DNA of 64,000 nucleotides from Eledone cirrhosa (Eukaryota), in contig OZ024743.1 of the NCBI GenBank assembly GCA_964016885.1, forward strand, positions 333,994,001 through 334,058,000. Reading direction: 5' to 3'. The translations under genes were made by a program, and so were the position numbers. Positions 50,527 through 64,000 of the stretch are shown in pieces; within the stretch, counting starts at the first letter, position 1, and each line of letters starts with the position of its first letter. The notes below the pieces were generated by a model that saw nothing but the letters and a program-made list of their open reading frames with translations, was not told the DNA's origin and ran no database searches.

Positions 50527-53500
50527 ATGGCCAATATAAGAGTTGGATGTGTGAACGTACGCGGCATGGGGATACCCTGGAAATAGGGCAAACTCTTAAA
50601 CGACCTCAGGTCGCACAGTATGGATGTGGTAGCCATTTGCGAGTCCAGGATCCACGGCGAGCGACAGCTGGCCCCCATCTTCGATGACTTTGAGATTTAC
50701 GCATCTCTCTGTCAACCGGGGGTGGTGGGGGCGGAGTTGCCGTTTTGCTGCGGAAACACCTGGGCCTCGTAACAGAGACGGAACATCTGGACCCGGAAGG
50801 TCGACTGGTGGTCCTAGACGTTGACGGTAGTGAAGGTGGAGCCTTCAGGCTGGTGGCCGCATATGCCCCATCCGGGACACCGCGGCCAGACTTCTTCAAA
50901 CGTCTAGAGACTTTTCTGGGAACGTCCCGCTCCTTGCTTTTAGTGGGGGACTGGAATGGAATCCTAGATGCACGTTGGGACTATGTGGGAGCATGTCCCG
51001 ATAAAGGGGGGTGTAACAGCCTCAAACAGTTAATCGACCGATTTGACCTGGCCGATATCGACTAGATTTTCTGACTGCGCCACTGTGGACGTGGAGTAAT
51101 CGTAGCGGAAGATCTAGATCGTACCTAGATAGGGTTCTAGTTAGAAATAAGGATAGGGACATGTTAAGCTGTCCACAAATGTTCATGGTTGCCTATTCAG
51201 ATCACAAACTAGTGACCTGCATGGCCAACCTTGATAGAACCCATAGACAAGGACCCGGCTACTGGAAGCTGAACTTGTCGTTACCGACAAGCAAAGCCTA
51301 CAGTAGACGGATTAGCACTTTAGTTAAACAGCAATTAGTTAAACAGATGGTGGTACTCTCTCAAGAGGGCAGTTAGATTAGACTCGTTAGTTTTTAGTAA
51401 AGAATTAGCGTTAGATAGAAACAGAACCGAGAAGGAAGTTGTAGATAAAGTAGAAGAGGCAATTAGAAGTGGCAACGTACCCAGCGTGCTAGCAACGAGA
51501 ACGGCCTTGGACCAGTTATTCGACGCAAAGAACGAGGGCTGCGTTGTCAGAAGCAAAATACGTGCTCTGGGAAACGAGGGAGCCAAAGCTGTTAGCTGGG
51601 CCCGAGTGACGGAGGCAAAAAGTGGCAACAAGTCCACGATTCGGTCTTTGAAGGACCAAAACGGACGCGTGATACGTGCGCCGAAGCAGATGTGTGCGGC
51701 CTTTCAGCGGCACTTTGCTCAACTGTTCGGGCGGGGCGGGGCGCCTGGAGGGGCTATGGATTTCGGTCCATACCTCGACGGCCTACCGCGACTCTCGGAC
51801 AGCGAGGCAAAGTTCTGCGAAAAGCCGATTTCAGCCGCTGAGATAGGGGTCGCGCTGAGCCAATGCGGCAAACGCAATTCTCCAGGTCTCGACGGTCTAC
51901 CCTACGAATTTTACGTAGCAATGCCGGACTTATTCTCCGGTCTCCTGGAAGCGGTCTACTGCAACTGGCAACAGAACGGGAGAATTCCCAGTTCTGTAAC
52001 CGGGGGCGTGGTCACACTAGTCAGGAAGGACGAGAATAAGGGGGATGACATAGGCAACTTCCGGCCCATAACTCTGCTAAACACAGAGTTACAGATTTTG
52101 GCCAAGGCGTTGGCAAAGAGGCTGGCGCTTGTCGTCGAGAACCTGGTGGGAGAAGCGCAGACATGTGCAATCCCGACCAGGTACATACACGACAACCTGC
52201 ACCTCATGCGATACATCATAGAGAGGGTAGCGTGTAAACCCGGCTTCGGTGGGGCCTTGATCAACTTGGATCAGTCTAAGGCTTTCGATAGGGTTAACCA
52301 TCGTTACCTGGATGCGGTGCTCGAGGCGGCAGGCTTCGGACCCGTGTTCAGGGGCTGGATTGCTGCAATGTACAACATCAACATCTGCTCAAGGGTCAAG
52401 GTGAACGGCTACCTCTCGGAGCCGTACCATATTACGCGATCCATTCGACAGGGATGCCCTCTCTGTCCCTTCTCGTCCCTTCTCGTCCCGTACTGACTCT
52501 CGAGCCACTACTGCGGAAGTTGGAGCTATTGCAGGGCATACCTCGGGAACTGGGACTGCGGAAAGCGGCGTCGGCCTACGCCGACGACGTGACAGTAATG
52601 GTGTCGAGTGCCTCGCAAATCGAGGAAGTCGGCACCTTACTAAAGGAATACGAAAGTTTCACAGGAGCGAAGCTGAACCGGGACAAGTCCATCGGTTTGC
52701 AACTCGGATCGTGGATAGGCAAACCGATGCCTTCCGATGGCATCGTCGGACGCTGGTCGGAAGGACCGGTAAAGCTGTTCGGGGTCTGGTTTGGTCCGGA
52801 CCTCCAGGTGGAGAAGAACTGGAACGAGGTGACGGCCAAGGTGTTTGCACTCACCCAGAAGTGGGCTGAGTGCAAACTATCTTTGAAAGGTCGAGCGAAG
52901 GTGGCGAACACTTTTATAGCGTCCGCCATCTACTACCGCTTGACCGTCGTGCCTTGTCCAGCCAAAACGCTTGCCAAAATGGAGCGCGCGCTCTTCCAAT
53001 TCTTTTGGAAGAGGCGGGCTCTTTTGGTGAGAAGATCCATCTGCTGCCAACACCCTTCTAACGGAGGGCTGGAGATGTCGTGGTTGACGATGCGCAAACA
53101 CGCGCTCAGGCTGCGGCATCTCTACGTATTCCGCACCGGACAACCGGCGTGGGCCCCGTTCGTGAGGCGAGCCTTCCCACGAGTCGTCTCGCTGACCGAG
53201 CTACAGTCCTGGGTCAAGCAAAGACCGAGGAAAATGGGCGACTGGCACATCGAATGTGCTCAGGCGCTCACAGCCCTCTGGCAGGCGGACCCAGCGATCA
53301 GTGGAGACTCCACTTCGTCATTCTATAGAGGGTTGATCCGCATCAAGTGCGACGACGTGCTCGGTGAAACACTAGGCGTAGAGGAAGATGAACTTGCCAG
53401 TCTGTTCGGTAGGACCTTCCGCCCGGGACCGATGGACAACTTCCAAAAGTCCCTGGCCTGGCAGTGCTACCGAGGAGCTCTACAAGTTCGAGACAAGCTC

Positions 53501-53942
53501 TACAGACATGGGCGCCCGGGCAGGGACCCTGTAAAAAAGATCTGTCCGAGGTGCGTGCGAGACGAAGAAACCGTCGCGCACGCATTCATACACTGCCCGG
53601 GCGTCACTGACCTGTGGGGCTATGTAGAACGATTATTGTCGCGGGTGGGACCAATCCGGTTGACCACCGAGTCCATTGTCATGATCAAACCGCCACCCTC
53701 CTTCAAAAACGAAGGAGAGGCGGTTTTCCTTTGTGTGATAGCTATGGCGAAAGAGGTTGAAAGGGCTGAGGTCAGACACCTTTCTCTCCGGCCAACAACT
53801 GATTCTTTTTTTCAAATACCACTTTGGAAGAAGAATCAGGATGGAGAGAGAGGTGCTGTACGCCAGAAAGTTTTATGAAAGGTAGGTGAAAGTGGCGAGA
53901 ATGGCCCGAGTGAATGGGCCTTCTCTCTATATCAGCCTGTAG
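50527..53942 (+). pseudogene. Tx1-type ORF2 (AP endonuclease and reverse transcriptase), disrupted
   Basis: MANIRVGCVNVRG, AICES, GDWN, SYLDR, SDH; PGLDG, FRPITLLN, LDQSKAFDRV, RQGCPL, YADD; CPRC..ETVAHAFIHC. Premature TAG at about 50584 and several frameshifts. Confidence 0.93.
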
Positions 53943-54180
53943 GCTGAAGAAAAGGAGGAGGAGAGGAAAGGAGTACAAACTCTTCGTACTCCTGGAGATG
54001 AGGGTTGCACATTTTTTCGGGGGTATGTGTTACCCATATGAACTGTCTCCCCTATTGGGGAAAATCGTCTAATTTTTTAAATTGCATTTGTGATAACATT
54101 TTACACGTTTTTATAGTATGTAAACTTTCCCCTTTGTATGTGTCCCCTTCTTTTGTGCCCCTGTGGCTAATAAAGAAACA

Positions 54181-54261
<81 letters not shown>

Positions 54262-55025
54262 CTATCTCTCTCTGTCTATCCGTCTATATGTCTGACTGTC
54301 TGCCTATGTGTATGTCTACCTATCCATCTCACTCTCTCACTACATATACACACATATATAAATGTCTTCGGTAGTGTACAGAATAATATATAGAAAAAAG
54401 TATAATTTTCCGATTTCCCGGTTTTCCGTCCCTTTCGCTCCTTCGAACCTTCCACCAGAATATGACTGTGTTTGTATTGGCTTTGCATCATAGTTCACAT
54501 CCTTCGAGATTAAGCCGTGAGAAATAATTCATATTTACGCTGCAAACTTTCAGCATGGCGCGACTGAATTTGCTTCCACTAATGCCTCAACTCACCTGGT
54601 ACTCACACGTGCACACTATACTTGTCGTCATGAGTTTGCGCCTATAAACACAGATGTTTGCCTATATTTTCATGGGAATCTTTACAAACGCCATGATTTA
54701 AGAACAAGTTCAAACGTGTTTCTATTTTCTCTTGTTGTTTTCGTTCTTTTCTTTGCTTTCCTGGATTGTTTACCTGATTCCACCTTCTGAAAACGTTCGT
54801 AGCCCGAAACGTTATATACTGACTTTTCCTCATGAGAGCATTGTACTAATATTCTCAAATTGAACTGGCTTCTGTCTTGTTTTTGTTTTCCTCTAACCTC
54901 ATAGTTTCAGAATATTATTCGAATGCTCAGATGTGGAGCCATTTCTATATCAAGTTTTGATGTTTTCACTTTACAAATATATTGAGTCCTTTATTTACTG
55001 TAGTTACCCCCGATTTAACTCTGGA

Positions 55026-55056
<31 letters not shown>

Positions 55057-55499
55057 CGTTCATTTAGTTGATTACTGGAGGGAATTCCAATATGATTACT
55101 CGATACTACAGCAGAGTGTATTTATTAAGTTTAATATCAACAGTTACGTACGATGAAAGGATTAGTTACTTAACTAATAATATACTGAAATGAAACTGTA
55201 TGTAAAAAGTAAACAGAAATAACAAAGCAAACGACACAGTACACTGAAGAAAGACAATTGTTGTTATTAGCATTGGAAATATTGATGGTATTTTATAAAT
55301 TGCAAAAGTAATTTGTATTTTATCCCTTCTTCTAGGAAGCAGTAAATAGGCCCCCTGCTTTATGGGGTGGGTGGGGATATTTTCCACTTATCACCAAAAT
55401 AGATAGCCAGCTTTAAATATATTTATGTGCTGACGACAAATCACAAACTGACGGTTGTCTTGAACAAGAAATCTTTTTCCACATTAATGTAAGCCTCTA

Positions 55500-56425
55500 T
55501 CCTGAGTCGTATACTGTTCTTATTTTTCATCAATGATCTTCTCAATAATATATTTTCTCAGTTTGGTATCTATGCTTATGACACAACTCTTTATTCTTGC
55601 CTTAATGTTAAGTCTGATATGTTTGATAAAGTTGAATTGGCCCCTTATCTTCAATATGTCTTCCAATCTGTTGGGACAAGTAATGGTTTGTTAGCTTTAA
55701 AGCATGTATGCCTAAACTGCTAACTTTTAAACGTCATAGAGAACCACATTTGCCTTTCATTAATATGGCAGATCATATTCTCATACGTAGCAACCCTATA
55801 CGCCTTCTTTGTCTGACATTTTCCACTGATTTGAGCTGGAATTAGTATATCCCATCAATTGCCAAATTTACTGCTTAGAAAGTTGGTTTGCTCTGTCGTG
55901 CCGAAACATTTTTTACGCCTGAAAATATCTTACATCTTTATAAATCTACCATTCGTCCTTGTATTGAGTACTGTTGACACATCTGTTCTGGTGCTCTTGC
56001 CATGCACATTGAGAGACTAAATAAGATGCAAAGAAGAATCGTAAACATTCTTGGCCTTGACTTATCATGTCAGCTTCAATCACTATCACACCGTCGAAAT
56101 GTTATCTCCTGTTAACCTTTTAATAAATAGTTTCGTAGAAATTGTTCTCTTGAGCTTTTCTCTTTATTGCCGTACATTCACGGGTTTTAACGGAGCACCA
56201 GATTGACATTTAGGGATCATTCATTCCTAAATGCAATCGCAAATTATATTCTGATAGTTTCTTCCCTTCGCCTATGGAATTCTCTTCCAGCTTCTTGCTT
56301 TCCTGATCACCAAAATCGTCATCTTCTGTCTACTTCAATTATATTCTCACTGCCTTGTCCTTCTCTCTTTTCAGTAACTCCTTGCATTTTAGTGGCTTAT
56401 CTTGCTTGCAGGGGAGCAAAAAACA
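55500..56425 (+). mobile_element. Decayed CR1/L2/Jockey-group LINE 3' part
   Basis: LFLIFINDL..GIYAYDTTLY (degenerate YADD), LYKSTIRPCIEYC and LWNSLP motifs with stops. Confidence 0.7.
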
Positions 56426-56761
56426 AACAAACATGCAAAACACACTATAGATATAGAATCTGTCTTTATATGTTAAGCTAGGGACACATAAATACATACA
56501 TACATACATTTGTGAAATTATAAAACCAGAAGAACATACATACATACATAGTTACATTAAACATACATATATACATTCATATATATATATATATATGAAT
56601 ACATACATACATGCATATATACATAAAATACATACATACATAGATACATACATGCATACATATATACATACATGCATATATATATACGTGCATATATATA
56701 TATATAGAGAGAGAGAGAAAGAGAGAAACGATTATTAGGAAGGAATAAATATTTTTTCCCG

Positions 56762-56795
<34 letters not shown>

Positions 56796-57220
56796 GCATA
56801 CACATAAATACATGCATAGATTCATATATATGATATATACATAGGCACACACACACACACATATATATATATACTTACATACGTATATACATACATATAC
56901 GTATATACATACATAGGTACATTTATAAACATATACATATATGTATACATGCATGCTTACATATATTTTTATATACATAAATACATTCATACGAACATAC
57001 ATATATACATACGTACATATACATAAATACATATATATATATATATATATGCATACACACATACATACGTATATACACACAAACATACATACACACATAC
57101 ATGCACAAAAATGTGTTACTTATCAGTTACTTCCCCCTTCTCACTATCTCCATGCACTCGTACTTAATGTCATTTACCATCACTTTCCCTATCAATGTTC
57201 ACACAAATACACACACACGT

Positions 57221-57280
<60 letters not shown>

Positions 57281-57285
<5 letters not shown>

Positions 57286-57660
57286 TAAACGGAATAGAAA
57301 ATGCTGACAAATTGTTCACAGTGAAAAATAGTTAGGAATAAGTGATAATAGTATTGGTTAGTATTAAGTTTTGGTTTTAAGTTTTACCGGTTGCGCATTT
57401 CTAATGCTTCTCAAAAATAATTTTGAGATAGAGCGTCCGTGATGTTTGCTATTAAGTTTTGGTTTTAAGTTTAACCGGTTGCACATTTCTAATGCTTTTC
57501 AAAAATAATTTTGAGATAAACCAAAACTTAATACTAACCAGTACTATTACTAATTATCACTTATTCCTAATTAAACTATTTTTCACTGTGAACAATTTGT
57601 CAGCATTTTCTATTCCGTTTACCAATATATCATAACTTGTGTGTTACACCTCTATTCTTT
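57281..57660. repeat. Asymmetric fold-back in (TA)n; family also at 29540-29800 and 28160-28245
   Basis: 57283-57378 is the reverse complement of 57518-57626. Internal direct duplication; the right arm extends about 35 nt. Confidence 0.75.
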
Positions 57661-57958
57661 TATATGTATATATATATCGCCCCAGCCAAGGGCGGTGCCC
57701 CAGCATGGCCTCAGCCAGATGGCTGAAACAGGTAAAAGAGTAAAAGAGTATATATATATATATAAATATATGTATACACACACACACATATATATATTTA
57801 TATATATATATATATACATTTATGTACATATACATATGTGTGTGTATGTATATATATATATGTGTACATATATATGCATATGTGTATAAATATATATGTA
57901 TATATGTATGTATATATATGTATATATATGTATATGTATATGTATATGTATATATATT

Positions 57959-57990
<32 letters not shown>

Positions 57991-58080
57991 CATACATATA
58001 TATATGTATATATATATATATATGTATGTATATATATATATATGTATATATATATGTATATATACATATATATATGTATG

Positions 58081-58111
<31 letters not shown>

Positions 58112-58116
58112 GTATG

Positions 58117-58248
<132 letters not shown>

Positions 58249-58538
58249 GTAATTCCGTCGGAAAAGTCCAGGAAAAAAGAGTGCTCTATGTAGGTAACAG
58301 AGATTAATAGTTATGTAATAAACAACATAAGGCAATTATTCCATTTACCAGTGGTTTCTTAAAAGCAAAAAAATTTTGCTTTCAATCATCAGAACGAAAA
58401 AATCCTGGTCTATTTATTGAATTGGATATTAAAAACAAAAATGCAATCTATATGAAAGTGAGGCTGGAGAAGGAAGAAGGAAAGGAAAAATAAAATAAAA
58501 ACACACATGCAAACACACACACACACGATTATATACAT

Positions 58539-58582
<44 letters not shown>

Positions 58583-58822
58583 ACACACATACATACACAC
58601 ACACATATACACATATATATGTGTATATATATATACATACACATACATATACACATACATACATAAACACATAAATATCAACATATACATACATACACAT
58701 ACATATATACAATCACACACATATATATACACATATATATATAGAAATATAAATATATATATATATATATATGCATACACATTCACATACAGAGCCATAC
58801 ACACATACGTATACATACATAC

Positions 58823-59432
58823 ATGGTGGCTGCCAACTCGTTTTCGAGTACGGCCACTACTTTATATCCATGTAGGAGAACCCCTACCGAAGCACTGAAC
58901 GAGTGTGACTTTTTAGTCCAGCCAGCGACTTGAAAACTCTGGTACAAACACTACACTTGTGACAATTATTGACACAGTGCTGGGCCCATGGTACCATGTA
59001 ACGACAAGTGCAGAGAGATCTCCAGATATAAAGCAATGCCTGTGCCGTGAAGCTTTTATAGTGAGCAAAGGCACTGCACAAAGCCAGTCCCACTCTCTTA
59101 ACCAAGATGATATTTACCAAAAAGAAGAACAAGTCAACATCATTGGATACCATCAGGGTTGCAGGTGTTATATCAGAGTTTTCCTTCTCCTAGAATTCTG
59201 CCTTGACAAAGGCTAAGGGGTCATCTCTCCCGGTGATTTTGGATGGCCATTGACTCTTACGAGCTCCTTTGCCCTTTGACAGGTTTTGTTTTTAGTCCTG
59301 CAGGATGTCCAAAGTCACCCTCCTCACCAAGCAACCTTGGAGGGGTTGCCAGTTTAGTCGCCAACGACCCGACCATGAGACAGGTTGTACTGGGATACAT
59401 GTTACCAGTAGCACCAATTGGTGACCTGACCA
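58823..59432 (-). mobile_element. Internally deleted RTE-type element in (CATA)n
   Basis: C-terminal finger HKCSVCTRVFKSLAGLKSH typical of RTE ORF ends, joined to a 5' UTR-like segment. Flanked by CATA repeats on both sides. Confidence 0.55.
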
Positions 59433-59796
59433 TACATACATACATACATACATACATACATACATACATACATACATACATACATACATACATACATACA
59501 TACACACAATCATACGCACACGTGTGTGTATATACGTATGATTGTATGTATGTATGTATGTATATGTATGTGTGTATGGCTATGTACGTGAATGTGTATG
59601 CATATATATATATGCATATATATATATTTATATTTCTATATATATATATGTATATATATATGTGTGTGGTTGTATATATGTATGTGTATGAATGGATATG
59701 TTGATATTTATGTGTGTATGTATGTATGTGTATATGTATGTGTATGTATATATATACACATATATATGTGTATATGTGTGTGTGTATGTATGTGTG

Positions 59797-59839
<43 letters not shown>

Positions 59840-59985
59840 ATGTATATAATCGTGTGTGTGTGTGTGTGTTTGCATGTGTGTTTTTATTTTATTTTTCCTT
59901 TCCGTCTTCCTTCTCCAGCCTCACTTTCATATAGATTGCATTTTTGTTTTTAAAATCCAATTCAATAAATAGACCAGGATATTTT

Positions 59986-60039
59986 CATTCTGATGATTGA
60001 AAGCAAAATTTTTTGCTTTTAAGAAACCACTGGTAAATG
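59986..60039 (+). ncRNA. Type I hammerhead motif (copies 60368-60421 plus and 58342-58396 minus)
   Basis: CATT-CTGATGA-TTGAAAGCAAA..TTTGCTTTTAA-GAAACC-ACT-GGTA-AATG. Confidence 0.85.
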
Positions 60040-60191
60040 GATTAATTGCCTTATGTTGTTTATTGCATAACTATATATATATACTAATTCAAACTGCCTG
60101 AAGAGGTCACAGCCAAAGATGGCTGTCACTGAAATATATATAGCAGTAATAAACGAAGCGAAATTTTAATCATTTGACTTTTATTTAACTT

Positions 60192-60254
<63 letters not shown>

Positions 60255-60536
60255 CATGTGTGTTTTTATTTTATTTTTCCTTTCCTTCTTCATTCTCCAG
60301 CCTCACTTTCATATAGATTGCATTTTTGTTTTAAAAATCTAATTCAATAAATGGACCAGGATTTTTTCATTCTGATGATTAAAAGCAAATTTTTTTGCTT
60401 TTAAGAAACCACTGGTAAATGGATTAATTGCCCTATGTTGTTTATTGCATAACTATATATATATATATATATATGTATGTATATATATATATATAAATAT
60501 ATATATGTATATATAAGTATATATATATATACATAC

Positions 60537-60603
<67 letters not shown>

Positions 60604-60741
60604 TATTATATATACATATATAAATATATATATACACGGAGTAAGAACGTGGGCGAAGAGGAACACGAATGAAGTAAGTAATAAAAAAGATATGAATGTA
60701 GGTGAGATATGGACTATAAAATCGATAAAAATGTTCAAAAG

Positions 60742-62035
60742 AAGTTCAGGTAAAAGACACAGCACTTGCACCATCAACAGATTTCAGGTAAAAGACACAG
60801 CACTTGCACCATCAACAGAGTTCAGGGAAAAGATACAGCACTTGCACCATCAACAGAGTTCAGGGAAAAGATACAGCACTTGCACCATCAACAGAGTTCA
60901 GGTAAAAGACACAGCACTTGCACCATCTACAGAGTTCAGGTAAAAGACACAGCACTTGCACCATCAACAGAGTTCAGGTAAAAGACACAACACTTGCACC
61001 ATCAACAGAGTTCAGGTAAAAGACACAACACTTGCACCATGAACAGAGTTCAGGTAAAAGACACAACACTTGCACCATCAACAGAGTTCAGGTAAAAGCC
61101 ACAGCACTTGCACCATCTACAGAGTTCAGGTAAAAGACACAACACTTGCACCATCAACAGAGTTCAGGTAAAAGACACAACACTTGCACCATCAACAGAG
61201 TTCAGGTAAAAGACACAACACTTGAACCATCAACAGAGTTCAGGTAAAAGACACAACACTTGCACCATCAACAGAGTTCAGGTAAAAGACACAGCACTTG
61301 CACCATCAGGAGATTTCAGGTAAAAGACACAGCACTTGCACCATCAACAGAGTTCAGGTAAAAGACACAACACTTGCACCATCAACAGAGTTCAGGTAAA
61401 AGACACAACACTTGCACCATGAACAGAGTTCAGGTCAAAGACACAGCACTTGCACCATCAACAGAGTTCAGGTAAAAGACACAGCACTTGCACCATCTAC
61501 AGAGTTCAGGTAAAAGACACACAACTTGCACCATCAACAGAGTTCAGGTAAAAGACACAACACTTGCACCATCAACAGAGTTCAGGTAAAAGACACAGCA
61601 CTTGCACCATCAACAGAGTTCAGGTAAAAGACACAACACTTGAACCATCAACAGAGTTCAGGTAAAAGACACAACACTTGCACCATCAACAGAGTTCAGG
61701 TAAAAGACACAGCACTTGCACCATCAGGAGATTTCAGGTAAAAGACACAGCACTTGCACCATCAAAAGAGTTCAGGTAAAAGACACAACATCTGCACCAT
61801 CAACAGAGTTCAGGTAAAAGACACAGCACTTGCACCATCAACAGAGTTCAGGTAAAAGACACAGCACTTGCACCATCAACAGAGTTCAGGTAAAAGACAC
61901 AGCACTTGCACCATCAACAGAGTTCAGATAAAAGACACAGCACTTGCACCATCAACAGAGTTCAGGTAAAAGACACAGCACTTGCACCATCAACAGAGTT
62001 CAGATAAAAGACACAGCACCTGCACCATCAACAGC
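60742..62035. repeat. 38-bp minisatellite, about 34 copies
   Basis: Head-to-tail unit AGAGTTCAGGTAAAAGACACA(G/A)CACTTGCACCATCAAC with no spacers. Confidence 0.97.
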
Positions 62036-62523
62036 AACAGTCACTAAAACGCAATTACATAGAAATCCTATCGTTTTCTCCGTTTTTGGGAATGCACTGG
62101 CAAAACCATTTGCTAGTTGAAAATTGAAAAAAACAAAGCTGGTTTCGTTATGTTTTGTTACTAATATTATCTAACTGATAATATAGTAGGTCGACTTGAC
62201 ATATGGTAGATCTTACTGCTGTGGTTTTGTGGTTTCGTTTATTTTTTTGACCATCATCACGCAGTACAGTTTTCTTCTTTTTTTATACTTTCAAATTAAC
62301 TTTTCTATTATTCAAACATTGTCAATCTGAATAACATAGTTATATATATATATATATATAGTAATAATAATAAATTTGAAGACTAAAATCCAAAGAGGGC
62401 TCGATAAGGATAAATATATATCAACTATATAAGAACCGTAGAGCAAAGAGTTTCAGATGACCCCGTTAAGGGTGAAAGCACCGATTCTTTGCTTAAACTT
62501 TAATCTGTTATTTTAATAAATAA

Positions 62524-62632
<109 letters not shown>

Positions 62633-63137
62633 GAGAAAAGGGGAAGTTGGAAATAGCACGGACAATATATTTTAGGGTCTGTTTTTCTTTTTTTGCCTTT
62701 CTTTGATTCGTCAAAGTGACATTATTGAAAAGATGACATTATTGAAAAAATGAGAGGGACAATTCTTTAAAAAAAAAGTTTTATAACGTATATAAAGTAT
62801 ATAAAGTATATAAAGTATTACTGATTTCGATGTTTTATTAAAATTCATCTTATCAAATGTTGAATATTACAATTAAAAAGAATTAATAAGAATTAAAAAC
62901 TAAAAATTAATGATTTAAAATTAAGTGTTGGAGTATGTTTTTTCCATCTTCCTTGTTCAGAAGGGGACTGGAAAATGAGTTCTTGTGTATAGAGAGAGGG
63001 TTGTGTAGTCATGATAGCAGCAGCACTGTTCGTAGTCGTGTTTCTTCACAGAACAAAATTGCTTTTTGGGGGCAAAGGAAATATTCTGTAAATATGTGTG
63101 TGTATATCTGATTGTGTTAATTGACTGGTCCAGAGTT

Positions 63138-64000
63138 CAGATGGGAAAATAGAAACAGACATATTTTATAAACCCACGGACTCCAAACAGTACCTTCTCT
63201 TCACATTAAATCACCCAAAACATACAAAACTTAACATTCCTTTTAATTTAACCAAACGCATATGCACCATAGTATCATACCCAGCTAAACGGGAACAAAG
63301 ACTAAATGAACTAAAAAAACACACTTACCTTAAGAGCCTTCCCACTTGACATAATTAATAATGGAATAGACAAAGCAAAACACGCAAAGTTTAATCAACC
63401 CAACAATTCAAAGCACAGAACCACGAACAATATCTTACCATATATATCCACGTTCAACCTCCAAAACACCAAAATGTTCGACCTTCTACACAAAAACCTC
63501 CCCACCCTATTTAAAGATGAAAAAAGGAAAAAAAATCCTATAAATACACGAGATCATTAAAAGTAAAATGCAACCCAAATCACTAAAACACATTCTCACT
63601 GGAACAAATATACACAAACCAATCTCCAATCATACGGTAACAAAATACGGAAGAAGAAACTGTGGTACCTGCCAATATTTAATTGAAGGACAAAAATTCA
63701 CGTTTAAAGATGGCCAAACTTTCTCAGTGAAAAACAACTTTACTTGCAACTCGTTGAACCTGATCTACGTAATCACATTCGGTGGCTGTCAACATTCCTA
63801 TATAGGACAGACGGGTGTGTCATTGCGCAAAATAATGACCATCCATCGCCAACAAATCCGAGACGTAAACACAAGAAAAATCCCCTTAAGTAGCCACACT
63901 GCAGATTGTGCAGGAATGGCTCTACCCAACTTTAAAATTTTCCCCCTTTACAAGTGCTCCAATTCTTTTACTCAACAACAAAGAATAAATAAAGAAAAAC
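63138..64000 (+). pseudogene. Penelope-like element (Neptune-type) RT C-terminus and GIY-YIG; runs off the window
   Basis: IETDIFYKPTDSKQYL..NHPKHTKLNIPF, CGTCQYL, FTCNSLNLIYVI..GC..SYIGQTG..LR..MTIHRQQI, with frameshifts. Confidence 0.88.

Larger units (their letters stand above)
49040..54180 (+). mobile_element. Near full-length L1/Tx1-clade non-LTR retrotransposon between (TATC)n tracts
   Basis: 5' UTR, ORF1, ORF2 (APE-RT-CCHC) and a 3' UTR ending AATAAAGAAACA. About 21 TATC units at 48939-49022 and about 20 at 54181-54260. Confidence 0.92.

Noticed and set aside
54781-54815. Hammerhead CTGAAAA...GAAACGTT
   Set aside because: C3-A8 mismatch, and stems I and II do not pair convincingly; at best a decayed remnant.
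60742-62035. CRISPR array or coding repeat
   Set aside because: Pure tandem 38-mers with no spacers. The period is not a multiple of 3 and TAA stops recur.

Overview
Eukaryotic (animal) intergenic or intronic DNA, very rich in (TA)n/(CA)n/(GA)n/(TATC)n microsatellites and transposon debris. The SINE families and microsatellite density suggest a cephalopod (octopus-like) genome; this is an inference. No host protein-coding exon could be supported, and most short ORFs in the track are microsatellite artefacts. Recognisable elements are: (1) a complete but disabled Buster-type hAT transposon (1069-4449, TIRs plus an 8-bp nnnTAnnn TSD); (2) a near full-length, disabled L1/Tx1-clade LINE between two (TATC)n tracts (49040-54180) and a second decayed copy; (3) several Penelope-like element (PLE) RT/GIY-YIG remnants of two types; (4) CR1-group and RTE fragments, many tRNA-derived SINEs, Helitron and Tc1/mariner/hAT MITE ends; (5) two unrelated 38-bp minisatellite arrays. 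The most striking signal, read by eye, is about 20 type I hammerhead-ribozyme motifs from about 12 unrelated sequence families. These include variants with a 60-95-nt stem II, a CCGA (U4C) core, or a compensatory U3-A8 core. Many lie in fold-back inserts that share one geometry: two outward-facing inverted arms embedded in (TA)n, one ending soon after the ribozyme and the other carrying a family-specific extension. All folds were checked by hand only, and no activity is demonstrated.
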